Shown: piece after piece, positions 6,568-15,330 of the stretch
How positions within the stretch are numbered: the first letter of the stretch is position 1
Layout of the letters: each line of letters starts with the position of its first letter
Assembly: GCA_964558555.1 (NCBI GenBank)
Contig: CAZLEO010000158.1
Location: forward strand, 1 to 22,420
Direction: 5' to 3'
DNA from: an uncultured Rickettsiales bacterium
GTDB taxonomy: Bacteria; Myxococcota_A; UBA796; UBA9615; CAYRNR01
Length of the DNA: 22,420 bases
Notes under the pieces: model-generated
What the model was told of the DNA's origin: nothing
The model's database searches: none
Seen by the model: only the letters and a program-made list of their open reading frames with translations
Program-made: the position numbers and the translations under genes

Positions 6568-8508
6568 ATGGGCGCCACCTCCCTGAATCCCTTCGCACGG
6601 ATCTCGATCCTCGGCCTGACCATCCTGACCCTCGCGGGCTGCACCGGCGAGCCCCGCTGCGTCTACCTCGGCCCGGACGAGAACATCCCCAACCACACAC
6701 AACCGTTCGAGGTCGCCGTGGATGTGGACCGCCGCATCGGGTACGTCACCGGGCTGGCCAGCCGGGGGGTGCTGAGCTGGGACCTGGACACCCATGAGCT
6801 GATCGGGGTCAAGCCGTTCGCCGACCAGCCCCTGCGCTACCCGGACGTGGCCGTGGACGAGCTGGGGGTGATCTGGGTCATCACCCGGTCCGATCCCTCC
6901 GTGATCCGGTTCGATCCCTTCACGAACCACCGCACCCAGATCTTCGAGCCCCTGGGGCACGCGGGGACGCTGGCCCCGGTACCGGGCGGCGGGATGGTCG
7001 CGCTGGGGTTCACCCACGAGCAGGAGCAGGTGGTGGCCCTGTTCGGTCCGGACGGGGAGCTGCTCGAGCAGCTGTACCTGGAAGACTCGGCCACGGGGAT
7101 GTTCGCCCTGGAGTCGGGGCAGATCGCCCTGCTCACCCAGCCGGTGGGCGACGAGGCGTACAAGGTCCTCGATCTGCCGTCGCTGGAGGTGGTGAAGACC
7201 TGCGCGTTGCCGTTCGTGGCCTATCACGGCGACGAGCTGGACGACGGCACCGTGCTCGTGGCCCGGTCCGCGGCCGTCGGGACGGTGGCGTGCGACGGCG
7301 AGGAGGCCCCGTCGTGGAGCGCCGGGGCCGAGAACCACGAGGTCATCTCGCTGGGGGAGCGGGCCGTCGTCCTCGACCGCCTCGGGGAGGAGGACGCCAA
7401 CTGGGGGGTGGGCCGGTTCTTCACCGCGGACGGATACGTGGAGGGCGCGGACTTCTCCACGGCCAAGAACACCGGCTACGGCGACGTGGACACCCAGACG
7501 GGCGCGATGTGGGTCAACAGCGAGGGCACCGGCGACGTGTGGGCCCTGTCGACGGACGATGGCTCCCTCATGGCCAGGGTACAGACGGGGGCGTTCCTCG
7601 ACGGGATGGCGCTGGATCGCGAGGAGCAGAACTTCTACGTGACGGGCCGCCTGTCCAACACCATCGCCCGGATCTCGGCCGAGGGGGGCGTCGTCGCGGA
7701 GGCAGACGAGACGTTCTGGCCCTTCTCGCCCGTGGTGGACTCCGGGCGGGACACCCTGTGGGTGCTGTCCCAGGCCGACGGCGTGATCCACGGCTACCGA
7801 CGCGGCGATCTCGAGTTCCTCACCGAGATCGACCCGGGCCTGGGCCGCAACGTGCTGCTCACGTTCAACTCCATGATCATGCACCCCGCGCGCAGCACCC
7901 TGTTCGTGGCCCACGCCGAGACGGACCAGGTCGTGGAGATCGATCCGGACTCCGGCGAGGTGGTCCAGACGTGGGATCTGCAGGGGCCGGCCATCGAGGA
8001 CCCGGACCAGATCGGCCACCTGATGATGCGCATCCATGCCGCCACCGGGTCGGTGATGATCCTGAGATCCAACGACGCGCGCGTGCAGCGCCTCGACCCG
8101 GAGTCGGGCACGCTGGATTCGGTCTGGCTCGACCAGCCCGTCGTCGACGAGCTCGCCGCCGGCAACTCCGTGGACTTCGCCGGCATGCTGCAGGACTACT
8201 TCATCGTCTACGTGGGCAGCCACGCCGTGGACGGCGCCACCCTGACGCCGCTTCCAGAGCGCAACCTGCCCGTCTCCCGCATCATCGGCCCCCACCCCGA
8301 CGACAACGACGACCTGCTGGCCGTGGCCACCGATCGCCGCCGGCTCGTGCGCATCAACGCCATGGGCGAGGAGAAGGACTCGGTGGCCTTCACCGGCAAG
8401 GAGCTGCACTCGGCCATCTTCCGCATCGACAAGGAGCGGCGCTCCATCGCCATGATCCGCGCGTCGGACGGGCGGCTGTGCTGGTTCAAGTTCGACGAGA
8501 TGAAGTGA
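6568..8508 (+). CDS. Lipoprotein of 646 aa with YVTN-type beta-propeller repeats
   Basis: The N-terminus MGATSLNPFARISILGLTILTLAGC carries a lipobox. It has the repeated blocks RIGYVTGLASRGVLSWDL and QNFYVTGRLSNTIARIS, and many WD-like beta-strand motifs. The long open frame shows GC3 bias. Confidence 0.85.
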   Translation: MGATSLNPFARISILGLTILTLAGCTGEPRCVYLGPDENIPNHTQPFEVAVDVDRRIGYVTGLASRGVLSWDLDTHELIGVKPFADQPLRYPDVAVDELGVIWVITRSDPSVIRFDPFTNHRTQIFEPLGHAGTLAPVPGGGMVALGFTHEQEQVVALFGPDGELLEQLYLEDSATGMFALESGQIALLTQPVGDEAYKVLDLPSLEVVKTCALPFVAYHGDELDDGTVLVARSAAVGTVACDGEEAPSWSAGAENHEVISLGERAVVLDRLGEEDANWGVGRFFTADGYVEGADFSTAKNTGYGDVDTQTGAMWVNSEGTGDVWALSTDDGSLMARVQTGAFLDGMALDREEQNFYVTGRLSNTIARISAEGGVVAEADETFWPFSPVVDSGRDTLWVLSQADGVIHGYRRGDLEFLTEIDPGLGRNVLLTFNSMIMHPARSTLFVAHAETDQVVEIDPDSGEVVQTWDLQGPAIEDPDQIGHLMMRIHAATGSVMILRSNDARVQRLDPESGTLDSVWLDQPVVDELAAGNSVDFAGMLQDYFIVYVGSHAVDGATLTPLPERNLPVSRIIGPHPDDNDDLLAVATDRRRLVRINAMGEEKDSVAFTGKELHSAIFRIDKERRSIAMIRASDGRLCWFKFDEMK

Positions 8509-8589
8509 GCCGGCCCGCGAGCTCGGACACCTCCGCCTTGACGATTCCCCCCTTTGACGTCAGATTGCGAGCGCCCGAGGAGGTGTGTG

Positions 8590-9723
8590 GTGTACGCGAG
8601 ATGGCTGGCTCTGATGGTGCTGTCGCTGGGCATGACCCTGTTCCTGGCCTGTGACAGCGGGGACGACGACACCGCCGACGACGACGTGAGCGACGACGAC
8701 GACGCGGGTGACGACGACGCGGGTGACGACGACGCGACCCCCATCGTCGAGTACGCGTTCGAGGACCACGCACCCTGGTACTCGTGCCCCGAGTACGACG
8801 CGATCGACGGCACGACGGTGGTGCGGGCGTACGATCCGGCGTACCACTACTTCGGCGAGGAGAACCACCGCACGGTCAACACCGACGTGGAGTTCCCCGA
8901 GGGCGAGTGGAGCCAGGTGGGCCTGTGGCTGGACCTGCACTGCCCGGACGGGGGGACGTGCGACTCCTGGGACCGCTGGGGCAGCGTGGGCTTGGTGCTG
9001 AATCCCGGCGACCCCGAGGACCAGTGGGAGACCCTGGAGCTGGCGCGCCACATCACGCCGTACAAGATCCCCATGTGCCAGTTCATCGACGTCACCCCGG
9101 TGGCCGACCTGCTCGTGGGGACGCAGACGCTGACGTCGTTCATCGACACCTGGGTCGGCCCGGGGCACTCGGACGGGGACGGGTGGTACCTGACCGTGGA
9201 CTTCGTGTTCTTCTCGGGGCCGGCGGCCGGCGCGGCCGAGGTGGTGAACATCTGGGGCACCAAGAACATCACGGTCGGCGAGACCGAGGAGGACGTCAAC
9301 GTGGACTCCCAGGTGGATCCGACCACCGTGGCCATCCCCGCCGACGCCACCCGCGTGGAGGCCCACCTCACCACCACCGGCCACTCCTTCGGCAACTCGC
9401 TCAACTGCGCGGAGTTCTGCCACCTGCGCCAGGACGTGATCGTCAACGAGACGGTGTTCTCGGTGGACCCGTGGCGCGACGACTGCGAGGAGAATCCGGT
9501 CAGCCCGCAGTACGGGACGTGGGAGTACGACCGCAACGGGTGGTGCCCCGGCGCCATCTCCGTGGGCCACGTGTTCGACATCACCGAGGCCGTCGAGCTC
9601 GGCGCCGACAACGTCATCGACTTCGACATCCTCACGACCACGGGCGTGGAGTACAACAACAACAGCCCCGTGGACCTGTTGCCCTACGAGATCGTCGCGC
9701 TGCGCATCTACATCTACCGCTGA
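8590..9723 (+). CDS. Peptide-N-glycosidase F (PNGase F)-like lipoprotein
   Basis: GAGGAGG at 8577-8583, then GTG 8590. The N-terminus MVYARWLALMVLSLGMTLFLAC carries a lipobox. A D-rich tether follows (DSGDDDTADDDVSDDDDAGDDDAGDDDA). The body resembles PNGase F: CPDGGTCDSWDRWGSV (cf. CPNKTCDEWDRYANV), RHITPYKIP (cf. RFITPY), IDVTPVADLL, CAEFCHLRQDVIVNETVF (cf. CAEWCFRTHTIAINNANTF), and RNGWCPGA (cf. RAGWCPGM). Confidence 0.8.
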   Translation: MYARWLALMVLSLGMTLFLACDSGDDDTADDDVSDDDDAGDDDAGDDDATPIVEYAFEDHAPWYSCPEYDAIDGTTVVRAYDPAYHYFGEENHRTVNTDVEFPEGEWSQVGLWLDLHCPDGGTCDSWDRWGSVGLVLNPGDPEDQWETLELARHITPYKIPMCQFIDVTPVADLLVGTQTLTSFIDTWVGPGHSDGDGWYLTVDFVFFSGPAAGAAEVVNIWGTKNITVGETEEDVNVDSQVDPTTVAIPADATRVEAHLTTTGHSFGNSLNCAEFCHLRQDVIVNETVFSVDPWRDDCEENPVSPQYGTWEYDRNGWCPGAISVGHVFDITEAVELGADNVIDFDILTTTGVEYNNNSPVDLLPYEIVALRIYIYR

Positions 9724-9773
9724 GGTCGGCCCGAAAGGGTGTACCATCGATCCAATCCAACCGAGGGGAATCG

Positions 9774-10781
9774 ATGCTCGACCGACCGATCCTTCACCTG
9801 CTGCTTTGCCTGATCCTCGCTGGCGTCCTGCCGGGTTGCCCGGGGGCCGACGACGACGACGTGGCGGACGACGACGCCACGGCGGACGACGACTCGGCCA
9901 CCGACGACGACGACGACAGCGCGACCTCGGCGTTCGCCGCCTCGGCGGTGGACGACCTGGAGGCGGCGTCCTACGCGTCCACCATCGCGCTGGAGCAGTA
10001 CGCGTTGCTCGCGGACCTCGCGGGCGACGACGCGGTGTACGCCCTGTTCTCGCCGCTGGCCGACGGCATCGACCCGGGGGGGCTCGAGCTGCCCGAGGGC
10101 ACGTGCCCCGACGTCTCGTTCTCGCTGGGCGAGGGCATCGTGCTGGACTACGCCGAGGGGTGCACCAACTTCCGCGGCCAGCAGATCGAGGGGCGGCTGG
10201 TCCTGGCGCGGTCCGACGACGAGTTCGGCGTGGAGGTGACCTTCGACGAGTACGTGCGCAACGGGCAGGTGGCGTTCTCGGGCAGCAGCGTGTTGGGTCT
10301 GGGCACGCGCGCCGGGCTGTCGTTCATCGGCTCGGGGCCGCTGGACGTGACGTCGTTCAGCATCACGCACGCCCTGGACAGCTCCACGCCGTACCCCGGG
10401 TCGCAGATCCTCGGCCCGCACGACGGCCCGATCGGGGATCTCGAAGCCCCCTCGGTCGGTCCGACCGCATTCGGCGACGGGCCCAGCGTGGGCACGTATG
10501 GGGTGGCCTGGATCACCGCGGACGGATCCTCGGTGTGGATCATCGTCCCCGAGGGCACGCTGCATCACGGCACCGACGCCCCCGATGCTTGCCGCTGCCC
10601 TGACGGCGGTGTGCTCGCCCAGTACCACGAGCAGCGCGGGCACTGGACCGCGATCACCTTCGACGACCAGTGCGGATTCGAGCTGTGGATCAACGCCGCG
10701 GGTACCGATCAGGTGGGCACCTTCGGCAGTGACGAGCTGCCCCAGCTGCGGGCGCTGCTGTGCGATCCGCTGGAGGGATGA
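9774..10781 (+). CDS. Lipoprotein, unknown function
   Basis: GAGGGGAA RBS, then ATG 9774. The N-terminus MLDRPILHLLLCLILAGVLPGC carries a lipobox. The tether is PGADDDDVADDDATADDDSATDDDDDS. A folded C-terminal domain has 6 Cys. It lies 50 nt after the PNGase F-like gene on the same strand. Confidence 0.8.
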   Translation: MLDRPILHLLLCLILAGVLPGCPGADDDDVADDDATADDDSATDDDDDSATSAFAASAVDDLEAASYASTIALEQYALLADLAGDDAVYALFSPLADGIDPGGLELPEGTCPDVSFSLGEGIVLDYAEGCTNFRGQQIEGRLVLARSDDEFGVEVTFDEYVRNGQVAFSGSSVLGLGTRAGLSFIGSGPLDVTSFSITHALDSSTPYPGSQILGPHDGPIGDLEAPSVGPTAFGDGPSVGTYGVAWITADGSSVWIIVPEGTLHHGTDAPDACRCPDGGVLAQYHEQRGHWTAITFDDQCGFELWINAAGTDQVGTFGSDELPQLRALLCDPLEG

Positions 10782-10783
10782 GG

Positions 10784-11635
10784 ATGCGGGGCGCTGCCAC
10801 GGCGCTGGGGGTCGCGGCGATCCTGATCGTCGGCTGCCCGGCCGACGAGCCGCGCGACGGGGGATCGGGGAACTACACGGGGGACCTAGACGACGATCCG
10901 GACTTCACCGTTCCGAACAGCCGGATCGAGGTCAAGACGTGGCTGGACTACGGCCAGACCTCGCTGGAGGGCTGGTTCGCGGACGAGCCGCTGCCCCGCC
11001 ACCACGAGCCCGCCGAGGTGACCGGCAACTGCCGGTTGATGACGTACACACCGTCCACGTGCGACCCGCCGTGTGACGTGGACTCCACCTGTCTCGCCGG
11101 GGAGTGTGTGGCGTGGCCCGTGCGGGAGGACCGCGGTGATCTGCTGTGGACGTGGCCCGACGGCGAGCAGACCGTGTCGCCGGACGGGACGCTGCTGTAC
11201 TACGCGACCGGATCGGCGAATTCCGAGGGCGACGTGGCCATCGAGGTGGACACCCTCGCCCTGACCGTGCCCACCATCGGCCCGCCCGTGGAGGACGGCT
11301 CGTGGGTGGATACCATCACGTCGCGCGGGTCGGGGGATGCGGTGCTGCGCTGGCACGACCCGATCCTCGACGCGCGCGTCCGCCTGCACATGACCGACTG
11401 CGTGGGCAGCCACGGCGGGTTCGCGCCGGCCGAGATCGAGTGCGAGGGGCCGGACACGGGCGAGCTGGCCGTGCCCGGGTCGTTCCTCACCACGTTGGAG
11501 GCCGGCGACTGGAGCCACGGCGAATGCGGCAGCCACACCTTCGAGCGCTACCACGCCGCGGCGCCCGAGGACGATCCGCTGACCCGCCTCGAGACGGTGG
11601 GAGCGGGTTCGCTGTTCTACTTTCCCGGCATGTGA
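10784..11635 (+). CDS. Cys-rich lipoprotein, unknown function
   Basis: GGAGGG at 10772-10777, then ATG 10784, which is 3 nt after the upstream stop. The N-terminus MRGAATALGVAAILIVGC carries a lipobox, then PADEPRDGG...DLDDDPD. Multiple Cys pairs are present (CRLMTYTPSTCDPPCDVDSTCLAGEC). Confidence 0.8.
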   Translation: MRGAATALGVAAILIVGCPADEPRDGGSGNYTGDLDDDPDFTVPNSRIEVKTWLDYGQTSLEGWFADEPLPRHHEPAEVTGNCRLMTYTPSTCDPPCDVDSTCLAGECVAWPVREDRGDLLWTWPDGEQTVSPDGTLLYYATGSANSEGDVAIEVDTLALTVPTIGPPVEDGSWVDTITSRGSGDAVLRWHDPILDARVRLHMTDCVGSHGGFAPAEIECEGPDTGELAVPGSFLTTLEAGDWSHGECGSHTFERYHAAAPEDDPLTRLETVGAGSLFYFPGM

Positions 11636-11671
11636 TCGACAATCGGATCACACCTTCTCGGGGGAGGAGCC

Positions 11672-12763
11672 ATGACCCAGGATTTCACCTGCGCCGCCTG
11701 CGGCGGCGAAGTCGAGTGGTCGCCCGTCCGTCAGGAGGTCGTGTGCTCGCACTGCGCGGCACCGACCCGGCTGGAGCGGCCGGCCGCGGGGGATGTCGAA
11801 CGTCGTGACGTGACCGTCAAGGCGCTCAAGCTGGGGCGCGCGTACGGCGTGGAGACGTCCGCGATCCAGTGCGGCCGCTGCGGCGCCACCATCGATCTGG
11901 GGCCCCACATCGCGCTGACCCAGTGCGCGTTCTGCGGCAGCGACCAGCTGCGCGACTACGCGGACGAGGACCCGATGAAGCCGGACGGCATCGTGCCGTT
12001 CCGGCTGGACCGCGATTCCCTGGAGGATCGCCTGCGTGAGTGGGCCGACGAGGACCCTCAGACCCCGTCCGACGTGGCCGACCACCTCGAACTCACCACG
12101 GCACAGGGTGTGTACCTCCCCGCGTGGATCTTCCAGGCCCGGGCGTCCGGAGCCTGGGAGTGCACGGTGAAGATCCCCAAGGGCAAGGACAACTGGAAGA
12201 AGGAGGAACGCGCCGGTGGGTACGATCGGGAGTTCATCGATCGGCTGGTGTTCGCGTCCTCGTTCGCCGACGGCCTGACGGACTTCTTCTACGACGCCCG
12301 GCAGATCGTGCCCTACGACGCGCGCTACCTCGCCGGCTTCCCGGCGGAGCGGGCCCAGCGGGCGGTCGAGGACGCGTGGACGTGGTGCAAGGAACAGTTC
12401 GTGGGCGAGTACCGCGACGAGTGCGAGCAGGAGGGGGCGGCCGCTTGTACCGCGGAGCACGGCCACGTGGTCGAGACCCGGGTGGATCCCAGCTGGTCGC
12501 GGGAGACCTATTTCCTCTGCCTGGTCCCCACCTGGTTCACCACCTACACCTACCGCGGCAAGTCCCACCGGGCCGTGGTCAACGGGCTGACCGGCGAGTG
12601 CTCCGGGGAGCTACCCTCGGACGCCCGGAAGGCGTGGCTGTACGAGCGCATCGGCAAGCCCAACACGCCCCAGCGCCGCGTGGCCATGCAGGTCGCCTTC
12701 GCCGTGGGGGTGTTCTCGGTGTTCTTCATCGCCATGGCGATCCTGATCGCCACCAACGACTGA
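11672..12763 (+). CDS. Double zinc-ribbon protein with a C-terminal transmembrane anchor
   Basis: GGGGGAGGAG RBS, then ATG 11672. Two CxxC-x(n)-CxxC ribbons are present: CAACGGEV...CSHC and CGRCGATIDLGPHIALTQCAFCG. A soluble region of about 250 aa follows, then the C-terminal helix MQVAFAVGVFSVFFIAMAILIA. It is the last gene of the 8590-12763 co-oriented string. Confidence 0.8.
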   Translation: MTQDFTCAACGGEVEWSPVRQEVVCSHCAAPTRLERPAAGDVERRDVTVKALKLGRAYGVETSAIQCGRCGATIDLGPHIALTQCAFCGSDQLRDYADEDPMKPDGIVPFRLDRDSLEDRLREWADEDPQTPSDVADHLELTTAQGVYLPAWIFQARASGAWECTVKIPKGKDNWKKEERAGGYDREFIDRLVFASSFADGLTDFFYDARQIVPYDARYLAGFPAERAQRAVEDAWTWCKEQFVGEYRDECEQEGAAACTAEHGHVVETRVDPSWSRETYFLCLVPTWFTTYTYRGKSHRAVVNGLTGECSGELPSDARKAWLYERIGKPNTPQRRVAMQVAFAVGVFSVFFIAMAILIATND

Positions 12764-12764
12764 C

Positions 12765-13628
12765 TCAGAACACCTGGAAGTCCTCGATCTCGTAGCCCAC
12801 GTAGGGATCGTGGGTGCCGTGGGGATCGATGTGCCACACGCTGTTGCCCTCCGGGCAGTGGCCGTGCACGCCGGAGTCGGCGGCGATGTAGACGGTGCGG
12901 TCGGTGGGATCCACCGCGACCCCCTCGGAGCCGCCGGCGCAGACCGGGTTCGGCCCCAGGCGTACCGCGGGGCACCCCGCGCAGTCGGGGTCGAGCTGGT
13001 ACACGCCGTCGGGGTCCACGAGGTACAGGGTGCCGTCGGTGGAATCCAGCGCGACCCCCTCGCCAGCCACGCCGGTGTCGAGGGACTGGACGAGCTGCCA
13101 CGACGGCAGCGCGTACAGCTCGGCCAGGGGCGATCCCTCGGCCTTGACCCAGAGGCCGCCGCGGGCCGCGTCGTAGGCCAGCATGCCCGGCTTGTGGCCG
13201 CCGAGATCGCACATCGCCGGATCCGCCGGCACCGTGGTCAGCAGGTTGCCCGCCAGATCGACCTCGAAGAATGAACAGTGGCCCTGCAGATCGCGCACCG
13301 GCGTCCCTGGCGCGGCCTCGTCGAACGCCCAGATCCAGAAGGTGCGGCGGGTCGTGTCGAAGGTGAGGCCCTCGAGGACGGTGACGTGGTCGCTGACGTC
13401 GATCTCGGCGATCAGGACGTTGTCGGTGTCCTTGACCACGATGGTGTCCTCGACCAGCGACGCGTCTGCGAGGGCGTCGAGGGTGGCGCTGGCCTTGCCG
13501 AGGTAGAGGATCTCGGCGGTATCGTCGCAGGCCATGCCGGTGACGCCGGTGATGGAGCTGCAGGCCGAGAGCGCCAGGCCGAGGGCGAGCGCGCAGGCGA
13601 TGAGGGACGGAGCGTTGTGGGGATTCAT
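12765..13628 (-). CDS. Lipoprotein, beta-propeller-like, unknown function
   Basis: A perfect AAGGAGG sits 7 nt before ATG 13628. The N-terminus MNPHNAPSLIACALALGLALSAC carries a lipobox. It has Cys pairs (CAGCP, CAGG, HGHCPEG). Its stop is 1 nt from the stop of the convergent zinc-ribbon gene. Confidence 0.85.
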   Translation of the reverse strand: MNPHNAPSLIACALALGLALSACSSITGVTGMACDDTAEILYLGKASATLDALADASLVEDTIVVKDTDNVLIAEIDVSDHVTVLEGLTFDTTRRTFWIWAFDEAAPGTPVRDLQGHCSFFEVDLAGNLLTTVPADPAMCDLGGHKPGMLAYDAARGGLWVKAEGSPLAELYALPSWQLVQSLDTGVAGEGVALDSTDGTLYLVDPDGVYQLDPDCAGCPAVRLGPNPVCAGGSEGVAVDPTDRTVYIAADSGVHGHCPEGNSVWHIDPHGTHDPYVGYEIEDFQVF

Positions 13629-13729
13629 GGGGCCTCCTTTCCCGGGTGGTCACGCCGGGGCCGCGGAGGTCACGTGCATGTGTAGACCGTGTGTATCCTC
13701 GGGGTGGGGGCTGCTATCGTCGACCCACG

Positions 13730-14869
13730 ATGGGCACCCGCAACGCCACGCTGATCGCGTTCACCCTCGCCCTGCTGCTGGGCTGCTCGGGCGAGGGCGA
13801 GGGCTTCGGCGTGGACGACGACACCGTGGCGGACGACGACGCCGTGGACGACGACACGGGCGCTGACGACGACGACGACACGGTCCCCCAGGGCGGATGT
13901 CCCAACGCCTGGCACGGCTTCGGGGACGACCCCGATCCCGATTCCTGGGACATGCTGGTGCTGTACGCCATCGGCGACCCCAACTTCGACATCGGCGAGC
14001 GGCACCTGCGGGACTACGGGCTGCAGGTCGTGGACTACGGCCCGGGCGAGGACACGTACTTCATGGTACGCAACGCCGGGCTGTGCTTCAGCACGGCCGG
14101 TGGGATCTTCCGCGGCGACGACGAGTACTACGGCGGCGACTTCTTCAGCGTCAGCGTGACCATGAACGCGGACGACGGCTGGGGCGGCGGCATCCAGGTC
14201 ATCCCCGACGATGGCGGCGAGCCGTACCTGCTGGAGCGGTCCACCCCCCTGCGCGGCCTGGCCATCGAGCCCGACGGCGTCGGCGGTTTCGTGGTGTGTG
14301 GCGCCACCGCCCAGGAGGACGACAACGCCATCTTGTGGGTGAACGGCGACGGCGACGAGGTGGTCGAACACCCCCTGCCCGACGGCGGCTCGTGTTACGA
14401 CGTGGCCGAGGGATGGGACGGCACCTTCTGGGTGACCGATCTCGCCAACAACCTCCTGCTGAACTTCGACCTGGACACCGGCGAGTTCGAACCGTGCTGG
14501 GAGCTCCCCGAACCTGGCCTGGACTGGGTGGTGAGCGAGACCGCCGGCGATCAGATCATGGTCGCGGCGGACAACGAGATCTGGGTCTACGAGGCAGACA
14601 CCGGCGAGGACTGGCGCTACGCCAGCATGCCGCCGCTGGGCATCACCTCCCACCACGTCACCAACATCCACTGGTCGTTCTCGTGGGGGGTGACCTCCAT
14701 GTCCAAGGTCATGCGCGACTACCCGACGTCCGGGCTGTGGGGGCCCCACTCGGCGCGGATCGAGGGTGGACCCGATCCCGACGGCGAGTTGTTCGAGTTC
14801 CAGGGGGCGGACCAGATCCTGGATGGTGAGGTGATCCTGGACTACGTGCTGCTGGGGGATCTCCAGTAA
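13730..14869 (+). CDS. Lipoprotein with poly-Asp tether, unknown function
   Basis: ATG 13730 gives MGTRNATLIAFTLALLLGC (lipobox), then SGEGEGFGVDDDTVADDDAVDDDTGADDDDD. A folded C-terminal domain follows. The ORF-track start (13646) is an upstream extension lacking a signal peptide. Confidence 0.8.
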   Translation: MGTRNATLIAFTLALLLGCSGEGEGFGVDDDTVADDDAVDDDTGADDDDDTVPQGGCPNAWHGFGDDPDPDSWDMLVLYAIGDPNFDIGERHLRDYGLQVVDYGPGEDTYFMVRNAGLCFSTAGGIFRGDDEYYGGDFFSVSVTMNADDGWGGGIQVIPDDGGEPYLLERSTPLRGLAIEPDGVGGFVVCGATAQEDDNAILWVNGDGDEVVEHPLPDGGSCYDVAEGWDGTFWVTDLANNLLLNFDLDTGEFEPCWELPEPGLDWVVSETAGDQIMVAADNEIWVYEADTGEDWRYASMPPLGITSHHVTNIHWSFSWGVTSMSKVMRDYPTSGLWGPHSARIEGGPDPDGELFEFQGADQILDGEVILDYVLLGDLQ

Positions 14870-14879
14870 GACCGGACGG

Positions 14880-15257
14880 TCAGTCGATCGACATCCCAAG
14901 AAAGACCAGACCCATGAACGCTACCCAGGTGAGGGTGGCGACCACCAGCATGTGGACCACGGTGCGGCCGGTGATGCGGCGGCCCTGGTGGGGGTCGTCG
15001 GAGGCGGTGTGGACGAAGGAGGCCGAGGTGAGAGGGACGTTGCAGGTGGGGCAGGTGTTGCCGAAGTCGAACTGCTCGCTGCAGGCGGGGCAGGCGAGCG
15101 CCTCGGCGGACTGCGCCAAGGTCGGATCGTCGTCGTAGCGCTGCTGGTTGTCGTGCATCCGGCGCCGCATGCGCGCCTGGCGCTCGGCCATCTTGTCCTG
15201 GAACTGGCGGGTCTGTCGGGCGAGGGCTTCGGCTCCTGCTTGATGTCCGAGTCCCAT
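14880..15257 (-). CDS. Small zinc-ribbon protein with a C-terminal TM helix
   Basis: GGAGAGGAG RBS, then ATG 15257. It has CPAC-x13-CPTC and a C-terminal helix, VVHMLVVATLTWVAFMGLVFLGM. The basic N-terminal region is ARQTRQFQDKMAERQARMRRRMHD. Confidence 0.6.
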   Translation of the reverse strand: MGLGHQAGAEALARQTRQFQDKMAERQARMRRRMHDNQQRYDDDPTLAQSAEALACPACSEQFDFGNTCPTCNVPLTSASFVHTASDDPHQGRRITGRTVVHMLVVATLTWVAFMGLVFLGMSID

Positions 15258-15330
15258 GTTCTCCTCTCCGGTGCGCTGTGGATGCCCACAGTACGGCGGC
15301 GGGGAGGGGGTATTCCGGGAAAGCAGCCGA

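Noticed and set aside
5869-8409. Upstream 850 aa of the 1317-aa minus-strand ORF (4456-8409)
   Set aside because: It is antisense to the well-supported plus-strand genes at 5947-6516 and 6568-8508. Only the C-terminal 470 aa (from ATG 5868), with a signal peptide and ASST-like propeller, look genuine.
8784-9773. Upstream 330 aa of ORF 8784-10781, and the 395-aa minus ORF 8560-9747
   Set aside because: These are alternative or antisense frames over the PNGase F-like gene. The real downstream gene starts at ATG 9774, with RBS and lipoprotein signal.
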